From the NCBI GenBank assembly GCA_963757755.1, contig CAVWTK010000004.1:316073-380072 (forward strand): DNA of 64,000 bases, written 5' to 3'. This document shows, in pieces, positions 1 to 8,568 of the stretch. This DNA is from an uncultured bacterium (GTDB lineage Bacteria; Desulfobacterota; Binatia; HRBIN30; CADEER01). Numbering within the stretch: the first letter of the stretch is position 1; the number at the start of each line of letters is the position of its first letter. Below the pieces are notes generated by a model. That model was not told the DNA's origin. It made no database searches and saw only the letters and a program-made list of their open reading frames with translations. A program made the position numbers and the translations under genes.

Positions 1-1
1 G

Positions 2-460
2 ACGTCCAACATCACCATCGGCCTCGGTCCGATCTCGTTGCCCAACTACCTCGAGCGACCGGACATGGCGCGTCGCGTCAACGAGAACCAGATCGCCTAC
101 GATCCATCGGCGCGCTGGGCGCAGCCGCTGGCGGAGAACTTCGAGCGCGTGATCGCGGCGAATCTCGTCCAGATCATGAATCCGCAGCGCATCCTCTCGT
201 TCCCCTGGTACGCCAACGCGGCCATCGACTACGTCGTCACCGTCGGCGCGAGCCGTTTCGAGCAACAACCGGACGGCAATATGCTCCTGGAGGCGCGCTG
301 GATGGTCCGGGACAGCCACGACGCGACCATCGCGCTGCAGACCACATCGTACACCCGACCGGGCGGAACGCCGGAGCAGAACGCCGCGGCACTGAGCGCG
401 CTGGTCGCCGACCTCAGTCAGGCGATCGCGGCGGAGATCCCCACCAGCCCGGCGCGCTGA
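2..460 (+). CDS. C-terminal fragment of a PqiC/YmbA-like ABC-transport auxiliary lipoprotein (DUF330); the 5' end lies outside the window
   Basis: The reading frame is open from base 2 with no stop before 460. The LPNYLERPDM...RVNENQIAYDP...RILSFPWYA motif layout matches the PqiC/YmbA family. Confidence 0.5.
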   Translation, partial: TSNITIGLGPISLPNYLERPDMARRVNENQIAYDPSARWAQPLAENFERVIAANLVQIMNPQRILSFPWYANAAIDYVVTVGASRFEQQPDGNMLLEARWMVRDSHDATIALQTTSYTRPGGTPEQNAAALSALVADLSQAIAAEIPTSPAR

Positions 461-570
461 CGGGCGGAGCACGCACCCCGCGCGCCCCAGGGGCGCCAAG
501 TCGATCGGATTGGCCCCCCGCGGCGTTCTAGTGGCCTGTATCAGTTGAATTGGTAGCGCCATCCCATTCC

Positions 571-682
571 CCGCATACCCTGAGTAGCGAGCGCAGCGAG
601 CATATCGAAGGGGCGGCCTGCCGAGCGCCGCTCCATATCGCCCTTCGATACGCTCGCTGCGCTCGCTACTCAGGGTATGCGG
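571..682. repeat. Long imperfect inverted repeat: ~42 bp arms around a ~27 nt loop, immediately upstream of the IS630 relic
   Basis: Read directly: ccgcataccctgagtagcgagcgcagcgagcatatcgaagggg ... cccttcgatacgctcgctgcgctcgctactcagggtatgcgg, with one mismatch between the arms. Confidence 0.7.
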
Positions 683-699
683 GAATGGTGGAGCTGGCG

Positions 700-1448
700 G
701 AGATTCGACGCACCGAGCTACTACCGATCCGCTTGGTACAGGCCCGGCTGCGTGTCCGATCTGCTGCGCCGCCACGGCCTCAAGCCGCATCTGGTGCGGA
801 CGTATAAGGTGAGTCGGGACCCGGAGTTCGCGGCGAAGGTCCGCGACATTGTCGGGCTCTATCTGAATCCGCCAGAGCACGCGATCGTGCTCAGCGTGGA
901 CGAAAAGACCTCAATCCAAGCGTTGGAGCGCACGCAACGGCCGCTCCCTCTGGCGCGGGGCGCGCCGTTCGCCATACCCACGACTACAAGCGCCACGGGG
1001 TTGTGGATCTCTACGCTGCTCTCGAAGTGGCCACCGGGAACGTTCTCTATCGCGTGACAGACCGGCACGCCGCCAGCGACTTTCTGAAGTTCATGCGCCA
1101 GGTGGTGCGTGCCTATCCGGACCAGGAGCTGCACGTCATTCTCGATAATTCGTCGACGCATGGGACGCTCGCTATCCGCGACTGGCTCACCGCGCATCCG
1201 CGGGTGCACTTCCACTACACGCCGACGAGCGCCTCGTGGCTCAACCAGGTCGAAGGCTTCTTCGGCATCTTCGGCAAGCAATCGCTCAGCGTGACCGACT
1301 TTCCGTCGAAGAAGGCGCTCCGCGAGCACATCGCTGCCTACATGCGCGCCTGGAGGAAGCACCCGCACCTTTCGCGTGGAACAAACCCGCGCAGGCGATC
1401 ATCCGCTCCCACCGCCGGATGCTTGAGCGCACTCACGGCGGTCACTAG
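700..1448 (+). pseudogene. IS630-family transposase relic, N-terminally truncated and frameshifted at least twice
   Basis: Three consecutive frames carry [18 protein letters not shown]...[16 protein letters not shown], then [22 protein letters not shown]...ILDNSSTHG...HYTPTSASWLNQVEGFF, then PFAWNKPAQAIIRS. This is the DDE core of IS630/Tc1-like transposases. The N-terminal HTH part is absent. Confidence 0.7.
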
Positions 1449-1473
1449 GCGGCGAATCGTCGGACCCACGCGA

Positions 1474-2985
1474 TCATTCCACCAACACCAGCGTCGCCGC
1501 GACCGAGCCCGCGATGGGGTCGACCGTCGGAATCGGCAACACCCACACCGGCGCGTCGCCGCCGGCCGGCCAGCGCGCACAGTCGAACGGCGCGCCGACG
1601 CGCACCAGCGAGGCAACGGTCATCCCCCGCCCGTCGATCACCTCGGCGGTGGCGGTCGCGGTGGTCAACGCATCGTTGATGGAGGACCCGAACTCCCCGT
1701 CGGCGCAATCGCTCGGAGACGAGCCGCTCGGCAGGACGAGGAACGACACCGGCAGGCGCAACGACGCGGAGCCCGTGCCGGCGGGAATGCCGAGACCGGA
1801 GTCGACCGTGATGCGCCCGGTGTCCTCGTTGGCGATCGCGCGCACGTCCTGCGGCGTGCTGTTGCCGCAGTCGAGCACGCCGTCGCTGCCGCGCGAGCGG
1901 AAGCGGACGCACAGCGTCTCGCCGTCGACGAGGGGGATGCCGAGGGTCGCGTCCTCGCGCAGGTTGAGGGCGTGGACGCCGCCCCCGACGTCGGGCCCGG
2001 CACAGACGCGCAGCGGTTCGGCGGCCCACGTGTCCAGGCTCACCTGCCCCTGGGCATCGACCACCAGCCGGCTGGCCGGTGCGCGCGGCAGGAAGTCGCG
2101 TTCGCCAAGGCCATTCGTGCAGTCGAACGGCTGGTCGCCGACGACGCGAATGACGATCTCGCTCGTCGCGCTGACCCGGCCCGCGGAATCCCGCACACGC
2201 GCCGCGACGATCGTGTCGCCGATCGGGAACGACCACGCCTTGGCGATCGGCAGGCAGTACTGCAGCTCGGCCGTCGGAGTGACGAAACTGTAGAGCGCTC
2301 CGGCGTCGCGCGTGCAGGCGCTGTTGGTGGTCCGCCCGCGTGGCTCGCCGGTGCCATCGTTGAAGCGGCAGCCGAGATCCTCGATCGCGTCGCGGACCAT
2401 GTCGCTGTCGGTGAACTCGAAAGGATCGACCGCCGGCACGCCGCCGATGATCGGCGGGTTGTAGTCGCAGACCGCGGGGCTGCCGTCGCCGAGCGGGCGC
2501 GAGGCGATGATTTCGACGCCCGGCGCGAAGCCGTCTGGATCGTAGGCGCTCTCCTCGAGCCGCGACGCCCCGCGCCGCGCTTCGACGAACAGCATCATCC
2601 CCTGCCCCTGGCTGCGGATGTAGACCGGCCGGCCCACCGCGTCGTGCGTATCGGGCTCCTGCACCAGGTCGTCGGCGCGCGCGAGACCAAACAGCAGAAT
2701 CTCTGGCGGCTGCGGGGTGGAGGTCGACGTTGGGGTCGAAGTCGGCGTCGGGGTATCCGAAAGCGTCGACGTACGCGTGGCAGTCGAGAGGGGACCGGGA
2801 GTGTGGGTCGGCACGGTGGCCGTGGTGGGGACGAGGGTGACCGTGGCGGTGCCGGCGACGGACGCGGTCGCGGTGGCCGACACGGGTATCGTGGGGGTCG
2901 GCGTTGGACGCGGCGGGTTGTCATCGTCCCCACATCCCGCCAACACCGCCGCCAGGACGAGTACGCTGAGCCCCCATCGCACCAT
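1474..2985 (-). CDS. Lipoprotein with a Pro/Thr-rich linker and a large uncharacterised C-terminal domain
   Basis: Signal peptide plus lipobox (VLVLAAVLAGCGDDD), then a PTPTPT/TSTPTST linker, then an uninterrupted ORF. The 3' end abuts the IS630 relic. Confidence 0.55.
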   Translation of the reverse strand: MVRWGLSVLVLAAVLAGCGDDDNPPRPTPTPTIPVSATATASVAGTATVTLVPTTATVPTHTPGPLSTATRTSTLSDTPTPTSTPTSTSTPQPPEILLFGLARADDLVQEPDTHDAVGRPVYIRSQGQGMMLFVEARRGASRLEESAYDPDGFAPGVEIIASRPLGDGSPAVCDYNPPIIGGVPAVDPFEFTDSDMVRDAIEDLGCRFNDGTGEPRGRTTNSACTRDAGALYSFVTPTAELQYCLPIAKAWSFPIGDTIVAARVRDSAGRVSATSEIVIRVVGDQPFDCTNGLGERDFLPRAPASRLVVDAQGQVSLDTWAAEPLRVCAGPDVGGGVHALNLREDATLGIPLVDGETLCVRFRSRGSDGVLDCGNSTPQDVRAIANEDTGRITVDSGLGIPAGTGSASLRLPVSFLVLPSGSSPSDCADGEFGSSINDALTTATATAEVIDGRGMTVASLVRVGAPFDCARWPAGGDAPVWVLPIPTVDPIAGSVAATLVLVE

Positions 2986-3172
2986 CGTCTTCCCCTCCTG
3001 GCCGAGGGTATGACGCGACCGCATTCAAGCGCAAATCGCCCAATTCGCTGCGCCGCCCCGCCCCTCCCCTCTGCGCCGTCTGCGGCCTCAGGGTTGAAAG
3101 CGGTCACCACCGCCGGCGGCGGGCCCTGACCCACCTTGCACCGAACGGCCGGGCGCGGCATTCAAAGGGGCT

Positions 3173-4794
3173 ATGTCCGGCCTCGCCGAGGAAGTCCGTC
3201 CCGAAGTCGACCGGCGGCGGACCTTCGCCATCATCTCGCACCCGGACGCCGGCAAGACGACGCTGACCGAGAAGCTGCTGCTCTACGGCGGCGCGGTCCG
3301 ACTCGCCGGCTCGGTCAAACAGCGGCGCGCCGAGCGCCACGCGACCAGTGACTGGATGGCGCTCGAACGCGAGCGCGGCATCTCGATCGCGACCAGCGTG
3401 ATGCAGTTCCCGTACCGCGGCTTCCAGCTCAACCTGCTCGACACGCCCGGCCACAACGACTTCAGCGAGGACACCTACCGCACGCTGGCAGCCGCCGACT
3501 GCGCGGTGATGCTCATCGACAGCGCCAAGGGCGTCGAGCCGCAGACCATCAAGCTGTTCCAGGTCTGCCGCGCCCGCCAGCTGCCGATCGTCACCTTCAT
3601 CAACAAGCTCGACCGCCACGGCCGCGAGCCGCTCGACCTGCTCGACGAGATCGAGCGCGTGCTCGACATGCCGTGCACCCCGCTCAACTGGCCGATCGGC
3701 GCCGGCCCCGAGTTCCAGGGCGTCTACGACCGCGACACCAACCGCCTGCTGCGCTTCGAACGCGGCGAGTCGGCTGGTCACCGGGCGATGATGCAGGTCG
3801 GCGAGCATCGACGACGCGGCGCTGCGGCCAGGCGATCGGCGCCCACGCGCATCAGCAGCTGCTCGACGAGATCGCGCTGCTGCACGGCGCCGGCACCGAC
3901 CTTCGACCTCGACACGTTCCGCGCCGGCAACGCTGTCGCCGGTGTTCTTCGGCAGCGCGCTGACCAACTTCGGCATCGAGCCGTTCCTCGACCGCTTCCT
4001 GGACCTCGCGCCGCCGCCGCTCCCGCGCCACACCGCCGCCGGCGACGTCGCGCCCGGACGCGCCCTTCTTCTCCGGCTTCGTCTTCAAGATCCAGGCGAA
4101 CATGGACCCGCAGCACCGCGACCGCATCGCCTTCGTGCGCGTCGTGCTCCGGCCGCTTCACGCGCGGCATGGACGTCATCCACGTGCGCACCGGCAAGTC
4201 GCTGAACCTCAACAAGTCGCTGCAGCTGAAGGCGCAGGAGCGGACGATCATCGAAGAGGCCTTCCCGGCGACATCGTCGGCCTGTGGGATCCCGGCGTGC
4301 TGCGCATCGGCGACACCCTGAGCGAGGATCCGACGGTCCAGTTCGACGGCATTCCCCGCTTCTCGCCGGAGCACTTCGTGCGCGTCGTCCTCACCGAGCC
4401 GTTCAAGCGCAAGCAGCTCAAGAAGGGCCTCGACCAGCTCGCCGAGGAAGGCGTCGTGCAGGTGTTCTTCGACCGCCACCGGCTCGAGCGCGAGCCGGTC
4501 CTCGGCGCGGTCGGGCAGCTGCAGTTCGAGGTCATGCAGTATCGGCTCAAGCACGAGTACAACGTCGACGTGCGCCTCGATCCGCTCAAGTTCCAGCACG
4601 CGCGCTGGATCGGCAATCCCGACTTCGACCCGGACGAGTTCGAGCGCACCAGCGGCGCCACCTGCCTGGTGGACATCGAACAGCGACCGCTCGTGCTGTT
4701 CGAGACCGACTACCGCCTCCAGCGCGCGCTCGCCAACCACCCCGAGCTCGAGTTCATCGCCGCCGTGCAGCCCGGCCGCCGCAAGGCGGCCTGA
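3173..4794 (+). CDS. prfC: Peptide chain release factor 3, broken by at least 4 frameshifts
   Basis: G-domain motifs [32 protein letters not shown]. Later segments ([57 protein letters not shown]...) sit in three different frames. Confidence 0.85.
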
Positions 4795-4913
4795 CCCGGG
4801 AACGCGGGCGGCGCGCGCGCGTCAGGCCTCGGAAACCACGGGTCACGCGATACGCAACCCAGGGGTTGCGCATCGCGCCGCGGCACGCTAGATGGGCAAC
4901 CAGGAGGTTGCAC

Positions 4914-5369
4914 ATGAGCACGAGCACCGATCGGATCGAGAAGCGGATCGAGCTGCGCGTCCCGGTGGCCAGGGTGTGGCGCGCGTTGACCGACCACAAG
5001 GAGTTCGGCCAATGGTTCCGCGTCGATCTCGAGACGCCTTTCGCCCCGGGAAGGACCACGACGGGTCGGATCACCTACCCGGGATTCGAGCACGCGACGA
5101 TGACGGTCGTCGTCCAGCGGATGGAGCCCGAGCGCCTCTTCTCGTTCACCTGGCATCCGTACGCGGTCGACCCGAAGACCGACTTCTCGAAAGAGCCGCC
5201 GACTCTGGTCGAGTTCACGCTCGCCAAGACTCCCGCGGGGACGCTCCTCGTCGTCACCGAGTCTGGCTTCGATGCCCTCCCCGAGGGACGGCGCGCCGAG
5301 GCGTTCCGGATGAACGAGGGCGGATGGGAAGCGCAGATGCACAACATCGCCACTCATGTCGCGGCGTAG
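4914..5369 (+). CDS. SRPBCC / AHSA1-like (activator of Hsp90 ATPase homologue) domain protein
   Basis: ATG at 4914 is preceded by AGGAGG. IELRVPVARVWRALTDHKEFGQWF is typical of the AHSA1/SRPBCC family. It is paired with an ArsR gene, as is common. Confidence 0.7.
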   Translation: MSTSTDRIEKRIELRVPVARVWRALTDHKEFGQWFRVDLETPFAPGRTTTGRITYPGFEHATMTVVVQRMEPERLFSFTWHPYAVDPKTDFSKEPPTLVEFTLAKTPAGTLLVVTESGFDALPEGRRAEAFRMNEGGWEAQMHNIATHVAA

Positions 5370-5697
5370 CGCCACGGCGGTTCGCCTGCGCGACGCGGCA
5401 CCCGTGTTCGCCGCCCTGGGTGACGAGACGCGCCTGTCGCTCGTCGCCACGCTGAGCGGTGGCAGGCCTCGCTCCATCTCGCAGCTCACCGAGGGCTGCG
5501 CCGTCTCGCGTCAGGCGGTCACCAAGCACCTGCGCGTGCTCGAAGGCGCCGGCCTGGTCCGCGGCGTGCGCCAGGGACGCGAGAGTCTCTTCGCCCTCGA
5601 GCGCAAGCCACTCGACGACGCGCGTCGCGCGCTGGAGACCGTCGCCCAACAGTGGGAGGACGCCCTGCACCGGCTGAAGGCGTTCGTCGAGAAGTGA
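5356..5697 (+). CDS. ArsR/SmtB-family HTH transcriptional regulator
   Basis: FAALGDETRLSLVATL...SISQLTEGCAVSRQAVTKHLRVLEGAGLV. Overlaps the preceding gene by 14 nt. Confidence 0.8.
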   Translation: MSRRSATAVRLRDAAPVFAALGDETRLSLVATLSGGRPRSISQLTEGCAVSRQAVTKHLRVLEGAGLVRGVRQGRESLFALERKPLDDARRALETVAQQWEDALHRLKAFVEK

Positions 5698-5743
5698 GCT
5701 CGCCGCCGATAGCCCATCCGTGGTCTCCGCCTGGAGCGACCGA

Positions 5744-6533
5744 TCACCCCCGCCGCGCCGCCGTGCCACCATCCACCGGAATCACCGCGCCACTGATATA
5801 GCTCGCGTCGTCGGAGATCAGGAACGCCACCAGCGCCGCGACCTCTTCGACCCGCCCGAAGCGGCCCAGCGGGATCTCGCCGAGCTTGCGCGCCCGCCAA
5901 TCGTCGCCGCGGTTGTGGCGCGAAAAGGCCAGCGAGCGATCGGTCTCGATGAAGCCCGGGCAGACGGCGTTGGCGCGGATGCTCTGCGCTGCGTAGTCGA
6001 GGGCGATGGCGCGCGTCAGTCCGACCAGGCCGTGCTTGGCCGCGACGTACGCGCTCTGGTTCCAGTTGCCGGCGAGGCCCGAGGTCGACGCGATGTTGAC
6101 GATGCTGCCCCCGCGACCACGCGCGACCATCGCGCCGGCACGCCGCCTTGGCGCAGAGAAACGCGCCGGTCAGGCTGACGTCGATCGTCGCCGACCACCA
6201 CTGCGCGTCGAGCTCGGCGACGCGCTCCACGACGGCCCCGTCGGGCCGCGACGTCACGGCATTGTTGACGAGCGCGTCGATGCCGCCGAAGGCGGCCTGC
6301 GCCGCGTCGACCAGCGCGTGCACCTGGCCGGCATCGGCGACATCGCACACCGCCGCGCGGGCGCGGCCACCCAGCCCGGTGATCGCAGCAACGGTTTCGT
6401 CGAGCCGCGCCACGCGCCGGCCGGCCACGACGACGGCGGCGCCCTCCGCGGCGAGACGCTCCGCGATCGCCCGCCCGATGCCCGATCCGGCGCCGGTGAC
6501 GATGGCGACCCTGCCGGCCAGGCGCCCGTCCAT
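5744..6533 (-). CDS. SDR-family oxidoreductase with one internal frameshift
   Basis: The N-terminus has GRVAIVTGAGSGIGRAIA and NNAV. The C-terminal part (NIASTSG...YVAAKHGLVGLTR...PGFIETD) is in another frame. The frame switch falls near position 6130. Confidence 0.75.
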
Positions 6534-6537
6534 CGCG

Positions 6538-7718
6538 TCAGCCCGGCCAGCGTTCCGGGACGTGGTCGAGTCGATACAGCGCGCGACAGTTGTCGTGCAG
6601 CATCCGCCGGACCTCGTCGGCCGGCACGCCGCGGAAGAGCGCGCGCGATCGTGACGCGGCTGTTCGGCCAGTCGGTGCCGGTGTGCGGATAGTCGGTCGA
6701 CCACAGGAGGTGATCGAGGTTCAGCCGATGGCGCAGCTCGATGCCGACGGTGTCGATCATGAACGTCGCCCAGAAGTTGCGATGGAAGACCCGGCTCGGC
6801 ATGGTCGGCAGGGTCCCGGCGGTATCAGTGAACCAGCGGTAGCGCAGGAACATGTCGTCGGTCTGCTCGAGCATTGCCGGAATCCAGCCGATGTTCGCCT
6901 CGACGAGCAGCGCGCGCGAGCCCCGGCACCCGATCGAAGAGCCCGGAGAAGATCATGCGCGCGACCAGCGGCACCGTGTTCGCGCCCGATTTGCTGGTCG
7001 CCGCGCGCGGCAGCACCGCGGCGGGATCGAACCGCCGGCGCCGCACCGGGCCGTCGGCGTGGAAGCTGCCGATGTGCAGCGCCACCGGCACGCCGGCCTC
7101 GGCGGCGCGCGCCCAGAACGGGTCGTCGTCGGTCGACGGCTCGACGCTGCCGTTGGGAAAGGCGGAGATCAGGACGCCGCGGTATCCCTGCGCGAGCGCC
7201 CACTCGAGCTCCGCGACGGCGTCGGCGATCCCGGTCGCCGGCATGACCGCGTGGCCGAAGAGGCGGCCCTTGCCGGCGGCGCAGAACTCGAGGTGCCATT
7301 CGTTGTAGGCGCGCACGCAGGCGAGCTGCAGCGCGCGGTCGTCGCCGAACATCCGCGCGCCCTCCTCGCACACGCTCGGGTAGAGCAGCTGCGCGATGGA
7401 TGCCGTCCGCGTCCATGTCCGCGAGGCGCGCGGCGGGGTCGAAGCAGCCGCGCCGCATGGTCTCGTACGTGAGGCCCGAGGGGCGGAAGTCGAGGTAGCT
7501 CGCGCCGGCCGCGGCCATCAGGCCGATCGGCCGCAGGCGCTCGCCGTCGTTGAACGACCACATCGTCTCGCCGTCGGCGACGATCACCCTGGGGCGCGCG
7601 GTCGCGCAGGCGACTCGCCACGCGCAGCCTGCCAGACGTCGGGCGGCTCGTAGACGTGCGCGTCGGCGTCGATGATCGGGTAGTCGATGCTCGCGACCTC
7701 GTGGAACACGGCAGTCAT
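6538..7718 (-). CDS. Amidohydrolase-2 (ACMSD-like metal-dependent hydrolase), at least 3 frameshifts
   Basis: N-terminus reads MTAVFHEVASIDYPIIDADAHVYEPPDVW. Later segments (AFPNGSVEPSTDDDPFWARAAEAGVPVALHIG, LDHLLWSTDYPH) sit in different frames on the minus strand. Confidence 0.65.
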
Positions 7719-7769
7719 GCAGCAGTCGCGCTCTACGCGACGCCGCGCGCGCAAGTCAAAGGTCGGGGG

Positions 7770-8333
7770 TCAGCGATCGGCGTGATAGCCGACGGTCTGC
7801 TCGACCTCGCGCAGATAGTCGTCCAGCGCTCGCGCCTCACCGGAGCTGTTGGTGGCGCTCAGGTCGCCGGTGCCGGACAGGATGATCTCCCTGTAGGTGT
7901 GGGATTTCTTGTCGAGCGTGTAGGCGACGTCGAGGGTCCCGTGGCCCTCGTTCTCCGGGTGCGCGCGGGTGATCGTGCCGCGTCCGGCGCCCGGAACCAT
8001 CCCAGCCATCTGCACGAGTTGCGTGAGATCGACCGTGCCGATGCGCTGCGCGCCCTTGTGCTTGGTCAGGAGGTCGCGCTCGCCGAGCTCGTCGGGGGTC
8101 AGGCGCGCCGGATACCAGGGCGTGCCGTGCTGCTCGTACACCCACACGCCGCCGTCGCCGTCGATGAACATGCCCCTGAGCTGGTAGTTCCAGCCGAGGT
8201 TGACGCTGTACGACTCGAGCACCACCGTACCAGTGATGTCGGCGGCGGTGATCTTCTTCTTGGCCGTCGAGCAGCCCACGGCCGCGAGAGCCAGCACCGC
8301 TCCGCCGACCACCATCCACCGTTGCGCGCCCAT
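7770..8333 (-). CDS. Hypothetical lipoprotein
   Basis: Lipobox AVLALAAVGCSTAKKK with no recognisable domain. The ORF-track start further upstream is probably spurious. Confidence 0.45.
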   Translation of the reverse strand: MGAQRWMVVGGAVLALAAVGCSTAKKKITAADITGTVVLESYSVNLGWNYQLRGMFIDGDGGVWVYEQHGTPWYPARLTPDELGERDLLTKHKGAQRIGTVDLTQLVQMAGMVPGAGRGTITRAHPENEGHGTLDVAYTLDKKSHTYREIILSGTGDLSATNSSGEARALDDYLREVEQTVGYHADR

Positions 8334-8413
8334 GTCCGCCCTCCTCCCTCTCCGCCGCCGCACTCGTAGCGCGGATCGATACTGGATGCCACGGCGGCAC
8401 TCCGATACGCGCT

Positions 8414-8490
8414 GGAGATGCGGGCGAGCCGCCCGCGCTCCCGGCACGGTGCCACCAGCTCGGAGCGGGGGTGGCACGCCCCGCATCTCT
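8414..8490. repeat. Degenerate copy of palindromic repeat family 4 (GAGATGCGGGCGAGCCGCCCGCGCTCCC)
   Basis: The 29-mer is identical to the left arm at 50450-50481. The right arm is only partial (cgccccgcatctct). Confidence 0.6.
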
Positions 8491-8568
8491 CGCGCGCCCT
8501 CCACAGCACTCGGGCAGGTGTGCACGCGCGCGGCGTTTCGAGCGATCAAGCCGCCGGGCCGTCGGCCC

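Noticed and set aside
1003-3129. 708 aa plus-strand ORF
   Set aside because: Only its first ~120 codons are real (the IS630 segment). The rest is an Arg/Gly/Pro-rich read-through antisense to the well-supported lipoprotein gene 1474-2985. This is typical GC-rich spurious openness.
4787-4825. GGCCTGAC...GTCAGGCC stem after prfC as an intrinsic terminator
   Set aside because: The 8 bp stem has a ~23 nt loop and no following T-tract. It is kept only as a weak observation.
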